A stretch of DNA of 62,943 bases, filler included, from Collodictyon triciliatum (Eukaryota): assembly GCA_043381765.1 (NCBI GenBank). It is 4 parts of 4 records of this genome, joined end to end, with 100 filler letters (N's around TTAATTAATTAA, not from the genome) between each part and the next. Parts side by side here need not be neighbours in the genome. Positions count along the whole stretch, not along the records: positions 1 to 28,022 come from JBHJMP010000985.1; 3 more parts are not named here. One strand, 5' to 3'. How positions within the stretch are numbered: position 1 is the first letter of the stretch; each line of letters opens with the position of its first letter. Position numbers and translations under genes: made by a program. Positions 1-13,300 of this stretch are shown here, piece by piece. The notes under the pieces were generated by a model that ran no database searches, had not been told where the DNA came from, and saw only the letters and a program-made list of their open reading frames with translations.

Positions 1-98
1 GGCATATGCGATGGATGAGATGCCACATTCCACGCTGCCAGAATCCTTTCGGATGGGTAAGCATATCTGTCCACCATCTCATCGTGAGTGATGTCCAT
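1..98 (-). CDS. Possible 5' end of an unknown gene running off the window
   Basis: ATG at 98 opens 32 codons (MDITHDEMVDRYAYPSERILAAWNVASHPSHM) to the window edge, divergent from the next gene. No homology recognised. Confidence 0.25.
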   Translation of the reverse strand, partial: MDITHDEMVDRYAYPSERILAAWNVASHPSHM

Positions 99-403
99 GC
101 GTATTGCACGAAAAGTTATTTTTCTTTCTTGCGGCGGTGGCGAGGTACCGTACTGATTCAACATTTTGTTGAAGCATACCAAATATGTATTTCGTGAGCG
201 CATTTCAGAACCGCTTCTCACCGCGTATTTCCACATCCAGATTTTTTCACTGAATCTCCTGACATCAGCCAAAAGCGACACAGATCAGAGGAAGGAGAGA
301 CCGCCATCAATGATCAGAACCTGGCATAAGGAAAGAAAAAAAAAAAAAACAAGCAACCAAATGACACAGCCACTTTTGCTCTTCTCAAACGCAAGCAACC
401 CGG

Positions 404-2743
404 ATGTGTTTACGAAATCGTCCTCCGTTTGTAGTGGTCAAGGTCGAGATGCTCCCGGCACATCCCCCCACCACGAGAGTTATGTCATACTCGAAGACTC
501 GGTTTGCTCTTTCTCTTTGTTATTTTCTCATCTTTTTCATCTTTCTTATTTTCCTCATTTTCTTGTTTTCTCATTTTTCTCATTTTCTCATTTTTCTCAT
601 TTTTCTCATTTTTCTCATTTTTCTCATTTTTCTGTTGAAATTATCTTGCAACTTGGTCTAGGCATCATATCATTTGGTCAAAGTCGTTCGCCCTCAGATG
701 CTGGTGGTGACAAATGTATATTATACACGCACTAATTTATTTTCACTGGCCACTAGAATCATTCTTCTTGGTGCATTATTGACGTTACTGTTCGGTGGAA
801 TTGGTCACCTCTTTTACCATCTGGAGTTGGAGCAGATGGTCACGCAGATCAACCCTATTACCATTGGAATAGATGCCGCTGAACCCAAATCTCGTCTCGT
901 TGAAAATTTTCAAGGTAATCAAAAATCACTACCAGACCCACAGCACCAAAGGGGAGACAATCCCCATGCGCTTCTGCAACTTTCTGTCCAAGAACTCGAA
1001 ATGTATGGCGGAATAGAGAAAAGCCGTGTTGGTGAAGATGACGCCGGCGTCAAAACTGTGCCATTTCATCATTCAGTTTCCCTCACTTCCGCAAAAAATG
1101 ATAATTTGCCCCTCGGAGAGAGAAAGACTTCCATTCATGGACAGAGAACTGAAAAAACACCGCCAGAATCAGATCGTAAAGAAATGTCGATCGAACAACA
1201 GAACCAGCAGCTACCAGTCCGAGAAAGAATTTCAGGAGACCAGGCATTAAAGGAGGCGCCCACAATCAGCTATGAAACGAATGATGCCGATGCCCTGAAA
1301 AAAGTCATTGCTTTGGATGACACTCAGGCATCAAATAATTCACCCCATAGACTGGCGATGAATAAATTACTCGAGGGAAAGGATTTGTTGGGCTCTGACA
1401 TGAAAAAACAGTATTCAAGTAATTCAAATATCGATTCAAGTGACGATACTGACAAAGCAAAAACGCGATTTGATGAATTTCATGTATATATAAAGCAAAC
1501 CGTCAAGAAATTTTTCTTTGAAAGTCACCAAGAGGTGAGACTCATTGGGGATTCAAAAAACAAGGGTGACTTGGACCACTCAAATATTCCTAAATCAGAG
1601 TTTATTTTTCACAACAAAACCGCTCTTCGTGGCACCTTTAAGAATGTATGCATGGAAAATAACAGGATTTTGTTTTTTGGATGGATGCCAGAGCAGCGTT
1701 GGCTTTGGGACACATTTACATACCTAGGTGTTTGGGTGCGAATGGGGACTCCAAAAGAATGGAAGAATGCTATACATGTAAAAGGACCGTCTGTTACTCT
1801 CATAGCAGACACTCCTGGAAACAATAACTTGCACCATTTATGGTACGGAAAGCACTTCCCTACTATCACTCGTGTTATGCAAGCAAAAGAAACGGGAGAT
1901 ACTCCTCCTTACTTTGAAAACATCATCCGTGACGGCTCCATAGTCAACATGGGACCTATTGACTTCAACCTCGGGTCTATCGGACTCATTATAAAGCTCT
2001 TGCAAAACTTCAACATCCAAAACAATTTACCGCCGATGAAAGATTACATCGCCAATAGCAAGCAAATAGTATGTGCTGAAACGCTGGCAGTCCAAGGAAC
2101 TAAAGAGGATTTGATTCGATCAGCCATGATGGATATTGACCTCGCAAAGAAAATTATTCAGGACTATAGGACATTGGCGTACGAACAAGCCGGCATTGCA
2201 GCACCGACACCAAATAGGTGCCCCAAAAACGCCCTGGTTTTTGCAAAATTTGACTCGAATCACAAAAGATGGTTGAATGCAAAGGACTTTTATCAAGCCT
2301 TCAAGACTACACACCCACACATGCACGTAGAATATTGGGATGTTGTGGATGGAAAGATGGGCTTTGAGGAGCAAATCCGATACTTTTCCAACATTGACCT
2401 CTTCATATGTCCTAACGGGTCACATCAGCAGGTGGCGCTATTCATGGCGCACGGAGCCACTGTGGTAGAAACATTAGACGAGGGATACTTTGCTCCGTCA
2501 TGGAACATTGATTTTTCGATGAACTATCTTGTTGGGATTCACGGATTCCAGATACGCGGCAGACTTGCTACAGAGGCAGAATACGAAGCCAGCATGGCCG
2601 ACTACGCCCCACAGGACGTTAAATCGCACAAGAACATGTCGATGTCGTATCTTGTGGAAGTGGACCAGGCGGTCCATATTATTGATAAGCATATTCATCA
2701 CATAGGTAAATATTGCACAAATGATAACCCAAGGAAGCACTGA
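404..2743 (+). CDS. Type II membrane glycosyltransferase, GT61/DUF563-like (2 exons)
   Basis: Exon 1 (ATG 404, 449 or 482 to 501) joins across intron 502-756 (GTTTGC...CACTAAT branch...CTAG) in frame to the long ORF: SYSKTR|IILLGALLTLLFGGIG (TM anchor), then a low-complexity stem. The C-terminus has the GT61 pattern RWLN...MGFEEQIRYFSNIDLFICPNGS...LFMAHGATVVE. Confidence 0.75.
523..630 (+). repeat. 9-bp tandem repeat (TTTTTCTCA)n in intron
   Basis: Directly visible; it generates the spurious FSH/FLI ORFs. Confidence 0.95.
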
Positions 2744-2803
2744 GACCCAAGCAACAGCAGCCGAAGAAAAAAACACACAGAATAAATCCCCCTGGGGTGG
2801 ATG

Positions 2804-3407
2804 NNNNNNNNNNNNNNNNNNNNNNNNNNNNNNNNNNNNNNNNNNNNNNNNNNNNNNNNNNNNNNNNNNNNNNNNNNNNNNNNNNNNNNNNNNNNNNNNN
2901 NNNNNNNNNNNNNNNNNNNNNNNNNNNNNNNNNNNNNNNNNNNNNNNNNNNNNNNNNNNNNNNNNNNNNNNNNNNNNNNNNNNNNNNNNNNNNNNNNNNN
3001 NNNNNNNNNNNNNNNNNNNNNNNNNNNNNNNNNNNNNNNNNNNNNNNNNNNNNNNNNNNNNNNNNNNNNNNNNNNNNNNNNNNNNNNNNNNNNNNNNNNN
3101 NNNNNNNNNNNNNNNNNNNNNNNNNNNNNNNNNNNNNNNNNNNNNNNNNNNNNNNNNNNNNNNNNNNNNNNNNNNNNNNNNNNNNNNNNNNNNNNNNNNN
3201 NNNNNNNNNNNNNNNNNNNNNNNNNNNNNNNNNNNNNNNNNNNNNNNNNNNNNNNNNNNNNNNNNNNNNNNNNNNNNNNNNNNNNNNNNNNNNNNNNNNN
3301 NNNNNNNNNNNNNNNNNNNNNNNNNNNNNNNNNNNNNNNNNNNNNNNNNNNNNNNNNNNNNNNNNNNNNNNNNNNNNNNNNNNNNNNNNNNNNNNNNNNN
3401 NNNNNNN
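2804..3407. other. Assembly gap (604 N)
   Basis: N run. Confidence 1.
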
Positions 3408-3757
3408 TCCTCTTTGCACGATACCCTTTCTCCTTTCTCCTCCTCTGATCTCCTTCCGAGCCCGTGACGGGCGCAAGGAAATCATTAAACACTACTCGCT
3501 CTTTCCAAAAAACTAGTTCCAAGACAAACTCGCAGTCGTCGGACGGGACGGATCGTTGATCGGAGCCAATGGAGCCACAAACGGCGCGTCGATCGTCGCT
3601 TCTGCTCCACCTGCTCGGATTCACCCACCCGCACCCTTGTCCACGCACTCTTCTGCTGGCGCCGATCGCTCTACCCCAAAAATGCACGCCTTTCTCTTAC
3701 GATGATATAATTATATGTAACATCACCTCATTATCATATACGCACGATCACAAGCAC

Positions 3758-3932
3758 AATCATCACAGCCATCACAATCATCACAATCATCACAATCATC
3801 ACAATCATCACAATCATCACAATCATCACAATCACCACAATCACCACAATCACCACAATCACCACAATCACCACAATCACCACAATCATCACAATCATCA
3901 CAATCATCACAATCATCACAATCATCACAATC
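3758..3932 (+). repeat. 9-bp tandem repeat (CATCACAAT/CACCACAAT)n
   Basis: Directly visible; reads as (HHN)n in the 3569 ORF. Confidence 0.95.
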
Positions 3933-3939
3933 AAAACAG

Positions 3940-5557
3940 GGGGCGAAGGTCCACACCACAGGAAGCACCCACAATACCACCCACATCCACACCAACATAC
4001 AAGCATATGGAAAACGACAACGACAGCAATATCGACAATAACAGCGACGACTACAGCGACGATGACGGCCATACTGGCTACCGCCCCTCAGACGTGACAA
4101 GCCACCGCCGTCGAACACCACAGCAGACAGACACACACATCACGCATACCACACACAACGCGGGGCGACCGTCCGCTCGGGATTTGCAGGCGATGGAGGC
4201 GGCTCTATACGAGCGAAGCCGGCCGCACGAGCCTTACATACAGCGAAGGACACCAACCGGAACAGATGCAACCACGCACAACCCACACGATATACACGAC
4301 CCGCGTGCTCAACACAACATATACAACCAATTCAACATGCAGAATCCGCAACATCTACAGAATCAACACATCCCGCACAACCAGCAAAATATCTACAATC
4401 AATTCAACCAGCAGAATCCGCAACACGCACAAAACCAACACAACCCGCAAAATCTACAAAATCATGTGAAGCCCAGAGACTCCAACAGAGTCAGCGCTCA
4501 TCCGCTCATGGCTCCGAGTGCGGTGCAGAGAACTCCAGTCGCGGCTGCGGAGTCTGCACCAAAGCAGCGGCCCGAGCCGAGTCTGCGCCGTGCAAGCAGC
4601 GTGACTGATGAGTGTCTCCACACTGCGCGCTCAGACTCATCGGGGCGGGCACAGGCACGGGCGAGGCCAAGCGTTGAATACAAACCCATCACGCTTGATG
4701 AGTTCAAGGAAAAGTATCCCGAGTATCGCAGAAAGTATGTGCAGCTTGGACGACTCGGCCCCGATTTGGCATCAGAGGAGCTGCTGCAGAAGGTGAGTTT
4801 ATGGTGATTTTCTTGTTGCTCTTTTCCATCTTTGCTTGCTTGTTGACGTCCTTGTTCTTTTCTTTTCTTCCCTTCTCTTTCTACATACAATCACAGCTCC
4901 CTCCCTCCCTCCCTCCCTCCCTCTCCCTCTCTCCCTCTCTCTTTTATGCCGACGGCGGTTGTCATGACGTTGATTGTAACTGCGGCCTGTTGAGCAGAAG
5001 GCAAACGCCGAAAAGATGAAGGATTACAGCAAGCATCTACGCAGTCTAGCCCAACCCCTGACAGAGGAAGAAAAGAAGAAGCTGGAAGAAAAGAAAGAGC
5101 GCGCAAAGCTGGAGAAGGCGCAGGGTCGACAAAAGGTATCCCAGCCTCCGACCCACACCCTCGCTCTTGCGCTGTTGTCTTTAATTCTTTTATTTATCTT
5201 TTGCTTATTTTTGTACACAACAACAACATCATCATCCCTTCCCTTCCCTTCCCTTTCCTCTCCTCTCTTCAGTAACCCTGACCGAAGGAACGAAACAAAC
5301 AAACAAACAAACACACAAACAAGGCTGCCGAGTATGCGGAGAAGGTGCGCGAGCAGCGTCAGCGAGCAGTGGCCGAGCGGCAGAAGCGGCGCGAACTGAA
5401 CCGCAGCAACAGCGAGCCAGCATTCTCGGAGAGCGGCTTGGCCGACGACTTTGCCGACGAGGAAGAGCAGCGGCTCATGTCGCAGTTGGAGGAGCTGCAG
5501 CTCAAGCATCAGCAGTACCAGGCCAATGTGCGCGGGATCAAAGGCGAATACTCGTAG
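3940..5557 (+). CDS. JHY: JHY (C11orf63)-like ciliary protein, 5' end uncertain
   Basis: Exons ~3940-4792, 4998-5135 and 5324-5557 splice in frame. YKPITLDEFK...VQLGRLGPD...EKMKDYSK, QKAAEYAEKV and LEELQLKHQQYQANV match the JHY C-terminal pattern (YTLKDY..LGGLGPD..KEYAK; KALEYAK; L..LQ.RHE) as recalled. Confidence 0.65.
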
Positions 5558-5857
5558 AGACCGGACTGAGGGCTGAACAAGGCAGGTGCTCCACACAATT
5601 CCCGCTTGGCTCCCATTAATCGCTGCCGCCCGGTTCTGCTCTCGTTGCTTCAGGCAAAGGCATAAAGTATATGTACATGAAGTGCGGCGAGACAGCGTGT
5701 AAGTCTGACAGGAGCGTTGAAGGCAGTGGTTGATTGGAGACCTTTTTATTCATCTGGTAGTAGAAGGTACAACCCAGGCAGCCAGGGACAGGCAAGTGCA
5801 CAGGCAGCAGGGATGGTAGATGAACTGCAAGACTTGCACCAGGGAAGGACAAGAAGT

Positions 5858-6444
<587 letters not shown>

Positions 6445-7337
6445 CTAAATACTGGGCAGCGGGTCGATCAAAAGAGCTCAGCACCACACACAGCATAAGC
6501 GACTTGTGGCTCATTATTAATTTTTGGCTGTGAGGAATTCCAGGATTGTGTGGGATTCGAGACTGAGTTATGCAAAATGAGGCATTGGGGCTGGATATAT
6601 TCCACAGCGCGATGGGCGCGATAGACACGACACTATCGTGAATGTAGCGTGTGCCACTGTCTCATAAAGACCGTTCGAATTATTATCTTTTACAATCTTA
6701 AACGATTGAGGATTTGGGCGGCAGAGAGTGGGTTTAGGTGGACTCGGGGTGTGTCATCAGGGCTCCTTACTTGCGTTGGGTGTCGTGGACGTTGTTCCGA
6801 GGAAAGCGTCTGGAAACGGAAGTCAGAGAATTCGTGATTGAAAGCCAAGGAGCCGATCGGATGCTGTTTTGTTCTCACACAAAATTCTGTCCTAATATGG
6901 ATAAAGATGGCCAAGATTTACATTCAAATACGGAAAATATACGCAATATCATAAATACCTGGTAATAAATGAGGAACATGACAACCAACCCGAAAATCAT
7001 ATGATTTATATTACATGATTGTATAATATATGTGATGAACATGTTGTTGTGCGCGAAGCAGACCAACCCCAGGTCACGCGACTTTCTCGCACAACTCTAA
7101 GCATCATCCTAGCAAGCAGCAAAAACCAAAGCATGCCTGTAAACTCCTGCCTCATTCTCTCGGCTTTTCTCGCACAATTCTCCCAGACCCTTTGCAATGC
7201 GGCGAGCTTCATTACTGCATTCGAGCGGCACTGCTGCTGGCCAAAGCAGCCCGGGCCCTTCAATCGTAGTTCGCACGAAAAGTGGGGAGCCTAGGATTCC
7301 ATATTCTACTACACAGGTCGACCTTGGCCACGAGACG

Positions 7338-10300
7338 ATGGAGGTTTGACTCTTCTTCAGAAATGCCATCTGTCTTGCACACATTGGGCCTAATCTTTAA
7401 AAAGAACACACACGATCATATGAATAATCCTAGTCTCTATTACGCTTCGTTATTATAATTTTAATTTTAATTTTTATTATTTTTATTTGTATTATTATCA
7501 TCACTACCACTTTACTCGGGATCAATTGACCTTTGTGTTTTATTTACTATCCGCCTTATACGCTTTTACACTCCCAACTCCAAATACAATTTGATGGTAC
7601 GCTGTGTTATAGAAAGAACCCGAGATGCTATACTCTCGCGAAGTAAGTGTTTTATCCTGACTTACAGAATCACTCGTCATTGCTCGGATACTTCTGATAA
7701 TTTTAATACTTATACACCAGGACTACATGAGTTATGTTCACAATGGTAAATTCATGTCCTCTCATAATATCATAAAAAAAATTACATGCAGCATTCAATG
7801 GTTGAAATTTTATCTGTTATATGTGCTTTTCAACTTTGTTTTTATTTTCCCTGTAATGAAGTGGCATTACACGCATAATACTTCAAATAATTAGATTATT
7901 CGTGTGCTCTATAAATATTTTTATAATACTTATTATCAAACTCAAGTTCCTCATAAAATATTGGACTCTTTCCGTTACATCCTGGACAACTTATCTTCTA
8001 ATGCTGACCCTTGGAAGATTGCGGCCATTCATAAGGTTTTATCTTAAATAGCAGCAGACACCTTGAAGAGTCCGACGCTTTCTTCCATAAAATTTTGCAT
8101 TTTTTCCCCAGTAAATTTTATTCTTTACAGATTGTACAATTTAACATTCAAACTTCAATGAACAGAAAAACACCATCGCAATTGTCGGAATAAATTCAAT
8201 AAGATTAGTAGATGCAGACCAAAGGGAAAAAGACTATGTTCTATCACCGCGTAATAGAGAAACGATAATGAAACGAAATTATGAGATTCAAAAAACAAAG
8301 AAAATAAGTTCGACATATCAAAATTTTGATTATCTTCCAAAAATAGTACCACTCGATCCGCAACCGCAACTCCGAAAAGTGGCTATAAGTCCTTGCTCTC
8401 TCTACGTAGCCATTGGATTTTCCGACGGTTCAATATGCATCATAGACAGGTTATTGCTTACTCAAATGAAAATAACTTGCATAAGCGTCATGAAAAAACA
8501 CATGTAAAATTTATCATACACCAGAAAACACCTTTCAATGGAAATAACGAATTCAGTTTTTTTTTCTTATAAAAATCAAATAAAATATCGCTCTTCGCTA
8601 CAAAAGGAGAGGAAATAGCCAAGTAAAGCATGGGAAGGTCCATAGTGGGGCTCAACCTTATGCCGGTCTATTTTGGGTTGCAGGAAAATCATCTGACGTG
8701 GGAATGTATGCCGATAGTATCCACATTATGAAATTTTAACTATGAAAATAAATCACCTTATCTATCAGTGAGTTCATTGTCATTTTCTACCTCATCGGAT
8801 CATTCACTTATTTTTTATCACTAGGAAACTTATAACTGTTTCATTTCACGCCAAAATATGCCTATATGATTTTATTCCATCCCAAAGCGTATCTGAGACA
8901 AAGTTTGTCATGTTGGAATCTATCAGCACTTTTTTGCATCATTCTATTATCACCTGCGCTGACATATCCCCCGATTATTCCTCACTTCTTCTATCCGGAG
9001 GCATCACTCGAGGTACTTTTACATTACGTGTACATAGAAAAAAACATTTATAGAATCAAGAATACGTTTTTTTTTGTTTTGTTCTTGTTTCATACTTTGA
9101 CCAAAAAAGCAGGGTCGTGGGAACCATCCTTTAGTTGCTGGGTGATTCAATCATCCAAACCCTATATCTACCCTAAATCAGAAGGCACACTCACAACCGT
9201 TTCAAATACTTGGATCAAGTCGCTTTATGAAAACATTCATATGTATTTCAAGGCGATAGAAGGAGGGTCTAAATTAATCAAAAAGGTATTGTACCATGGC
9301 CATGTTCTCTGTTATCTTCTACAGTAAACAGTATTCCATTCGTGAATTATCCATATTCGGAACATATACCCATTCTAGGTTCTTGTCTGTCCTGCTGGAG
9401 AGTATTTCGCATGCCTAGATTTTGAAGGTCGATTGGAAGTCCGTAGTCTCGAGTCGCCAGAGGCAACTATCAGAATGGAAAATCTGGAGGTATGAATTCT
9501 TTACGTTTTCTTGCATACAACCTTCATTTCATTTCATTTCATTTCATTTCATTTCATTTAAACAAGCAATTATTGATATATGCAACCGTATCTTAGACAA
9601 TGTTGTAATAACATTTAAGATAAAATACAAAATTTCTATACAGAAAATAAATGCAGAATTCGGTGGGTGGTGACGCAGCTTTTCAACTATAATTTTAAAC
9701 CTATATGCAAACTCATGAATAAAAGTAACGATACCCACCATCCTGCACAAAACTGAAAGGAAGAATAAAAAAAAAAGTAATGATACCCACTTATCTATCT
9801 TGTGAACAAATATACAGTTGATGATATTTCATGGTGGACAGGCTCTGTTCTAAATATTGTATCGAACAAGAAGGTTACTCTGTTTTCTAATTTTTTTCGG
9901 TCATTTAACATAGATTTATAATTCACAAATTGAAAGGAAGAAAAAAAAGAAATACTGATTTGTAATTCTTTTAAAGACATGCGCTCAATAAAAGAGAATT
10001 GAAATACCCATAGTAATGCAACTATTTTTTCATGATTGCATAATACAGATAAAATTTCTAATCATCGAGTCAACGCCTTTGGAAAAGATTGCTATTATCA
10101 TAGGTTTTTCTCTTTCTTTCCACTGAAAGGAATTATACTTTTTTTTTTTAAATATTTTCTTGATTTTTTTCAAACTTGGCTCTCATACCCTCCAAAAAAT
10201 TACATTACAAAGAAGCGCCACTTTACCAATCTTTGCACTAGCCTATTTTTTTTTTAATTCACGCATATTTTATCATACCTTATATTATTCGTAGATGGAC

Positions 10301-13300
10301 TTTACTGCAAAGAAGATGTTAGTTCAAAGAGAATATTTTCTCTAACAAGCTCCTCAACAGGACGGTTTTTTATCCTCCAAAATGAAGAAATCAAGTAATT
10401 GATCTAAAATCAGAAGTGAAGCAAATCAGCTCATGAACAATTTCATAAACATAATATTAAAATCATATTCTTTTTACTCTTAGTCAGAAGGATCGAAGTC
10501 CAGTGTTTGTTGTTGGTAAGAGTTAGCTTTCATCTTATCAGGAGGAGCCTTATTTAATTTTCAACTTACACAGTCTCCGAAGAGGTTGAAATGTTCGATT
10601 TTCCTACACGAATTGCAAATAGTATCTGGAATTTCTTGGTTGGAATGTTCTATCGAAAGGCAACTCCAATTTTTTTTCACTATTCATAGTAAATGTATCA
10701 TTTGCCTCATGTTACATTATATTTGTATGGAAAATGTCTAAATACAAGGGAAAAAAACCACAGTAAAACTGAACTGGCAAATATTAGGGTCTCGCGTCTT
10801 ATTTGAACGAAGATATTGGATCTCATCAGCTAGTTATCATCAAAAATATTTCGCTTGAAGAGGAATACAAGAAATTAATATCCGAAAAGAAGTAAAATTT
10901 CACTACTTTTGGTTCAGATACTCAAAGCTTTGATATTAATCAAGGAGTTATACTTTACGATTCATTTAAATCTTTATAGATAAGAATAATATATTTCTAT
11001 GAATTTACAAATGCACTTCCAAAATTTATAATTTTATTATTACAAGACACTTTCACTTTTTTTCATAAAAAAAAACACAGTTATGAAGAAGCTTTAGCAC
11101 TATCGAATGATTTCGGGTTTTCTCAAGATCTTATATTCAAGAAACGTTGGGAAGATAAAATTTCACCTCAACCTAATTCCACAGGAGAAGACATAACGCC
11201 TGAACTTATAAGGGTTCTTCCATTTTTCATTTTCATTTTTTTGTTCCCTATTTTATTATCATTAATTCTTTTTGAAACGGGTTGAAAAAAATATGAATTG
11301 CTCTTATGCAATAAAGGAATATCTGGATGAAGTTTCTGATAAACCATGGGTACTTCGTGAATGTGCAAAGAGAGTTCTCAACGAAAAGGACTCTATGAGA
11401 AAACTGCTTGAATATGGAATCGACGTTGCTCGACATTTTCCTATCGGATCTGAAGGATTAAGGTGCCTCGAGCTATAACATAGCAGATAAAAATCATTTA
11501 TGCGTGTGCATTTTTCTAAAGTCTAACAGCCAATAATATCTACACAAGACGCCAATTGAAATCTTATGAAGATAGATTTCGAGAAGATCTATACAGGCTT
11601 GAAACTTTATGTTCTGTTGGTTAGTAATCGATAGCTTCATGTCCTGCCACCCTTTTTTTTTAACCACATCTATATTGCACATTATTGCTTAATCCGTTTA
11701 TATGAATTAAAATTAGTCTTCTGTTAAATAGCTCCATATAGCGCAAGTGAATTTACAGTATTTCGAAGGAGTTCAATACTAGATGTTGCCAAGCACTGTG
11801 CTTTGTACCAGAAATTTGATTTGCTGCAGGTTTGATATATGTGTGATGTCTTTAAAGACGACATTACAATTTGTAATCGGTTGGGTATCTGAATTGTGAG
11901 ATTTGATCGTTATTTTTTTACTATCATTTTTACTGCCAAACCTACAGTTTAACATATCGTTTTCGTATTGTGCAGAGAATTCTTTGCTGCCATGAGTCAG
12001 AATTAAGAAACCATTTCTTGGAAATATTATCAAGCATACCCGAAACAAAGAACCCTTACGATTATAAATTTCTACTTCCATGTGCTGAGTCTGGTCAAAG
12101 TGAAGAAACTCAATCATCTGTTTTGTAAGTGTGCGGAGTCTTCTCTATATAATATGCATTTAGCTGATTTATTTAGTCAATTTAACTGCTTAATCATACT
12201 GAATGCTCGACCCTGAAGGATAAGAAATTTACAAGGCTCATTCACTCCGTATTATTTACATCTACCACATATGACCAATTCTAATTTTTCTCTTCGAATA
12301 TCTTAAGTTCGTTTCGGCATCACATGTCTCCACTTCTCCATTTAACATTATCGCTCATATATCAAACAATCATCAGAGACGAACTGGCAGGTTGGTACAT
12401 CGAAAGAGCTTTTCAAATAGATGAACGTTCAGGGCAGGTAGGGATGTCATGAGAATCTGAATGTAATGTGGACTATGTATTGTCCTATATAAATGTAAGA
12501 AGTTTTATGGTATTGATCGTTTCGCTCTTTTCTTTTTCGCGTTGAATATGTAATAACATCACTTAGTTGAAATTCAGTTGCTGTCTGCTCGAAATTGGCA
12601 AAGAAAACGGATTCGAGGCTCTTGAATATTCGTTTCTTGTTTGCTGCTCATTGCTCGAATTCGTTCGAGAGTCACCTAGCCAAGTTCATTTAAGGACGTA
12701 TCCTAAAAATTTTTTATTCAATTCCTTTTCTTAATCATCACCATGGCTTTTCTTCTTGTTCTTCTTGCATTCGGGTTGCTACGACAGAGAACAGATCTAG
12801 TCCCAAGCTTTGATTATTTTTTTTTTGGTTTCTTTTTCCCAAGCTTTGATTATATTAAGTAATAATTCAAAAGGACAATGTTAAATTCATGCTCATGATA
12901 CTACATACAAGAAAAGAAACATGAGTTATTGTCTTTGATAGACTTCGACAATGAAACTAGATTTTATAATGCCCCTACCACTGAGCAACTGCAATTCATG
13001 TTCCAAAAAATTGACACAAATTCTGTAGCCAGGAAATTCATGGTATATCTTGCATTTAGCCAATTTAATCATGATTTAACGATATATACCTTTCATTTTA
13101 TACATGAAAATTTGTTCCTTACTGACGGGCAATTTTGCTTGATAATACCATTAATAGAAATTTGCGCCATTTTCTCTGCACCCAAAGAATAGAAATGGAT
13201 TTATTGAATATTTCAAGTCACAAGCGAGAAAAGGAAACATTGAGCTTATTAAGCTGATAATCGAGTTATCCCAACAAAATAGCACTGATTCCAAGATCCA

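Noticed and set aside
2679-3687. Long ORFs containing X runs (also 51368-52342 and 54244-55002)
   Set aside because: Artifacts of translating through N gaps.
3758-3932. Tandem arrays as CRISPR arrays or mobile elements
   Set aside because: No spacers and no transposase, RT or terminal inverted repeats were recognised anywhere in the window; the context is eukaryotic.
6649-7330. Short ORFs and a TTTCTCGCACAA direct repeat between UBA52 and NBAS
   Set aside because: No recognisable protein or consistent exon chain; most likely divergent promoter sequence.
8684-8767. Apparent in-frame TGA in an NBAS exon, suggesting stop-codon reassignment
   Set aside because: A different frame (exon 8607-8705, QPYAGLFWV) fits NBAS better and has no stop. 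TAA, TAG and TGA all terminate genes in this window.
12698-12916. GTATCCTA as a second U12 donor
   Set aside because: No in-phase acceptor or U12 branch site; an upstream phase-0 GT donor restores the frame.
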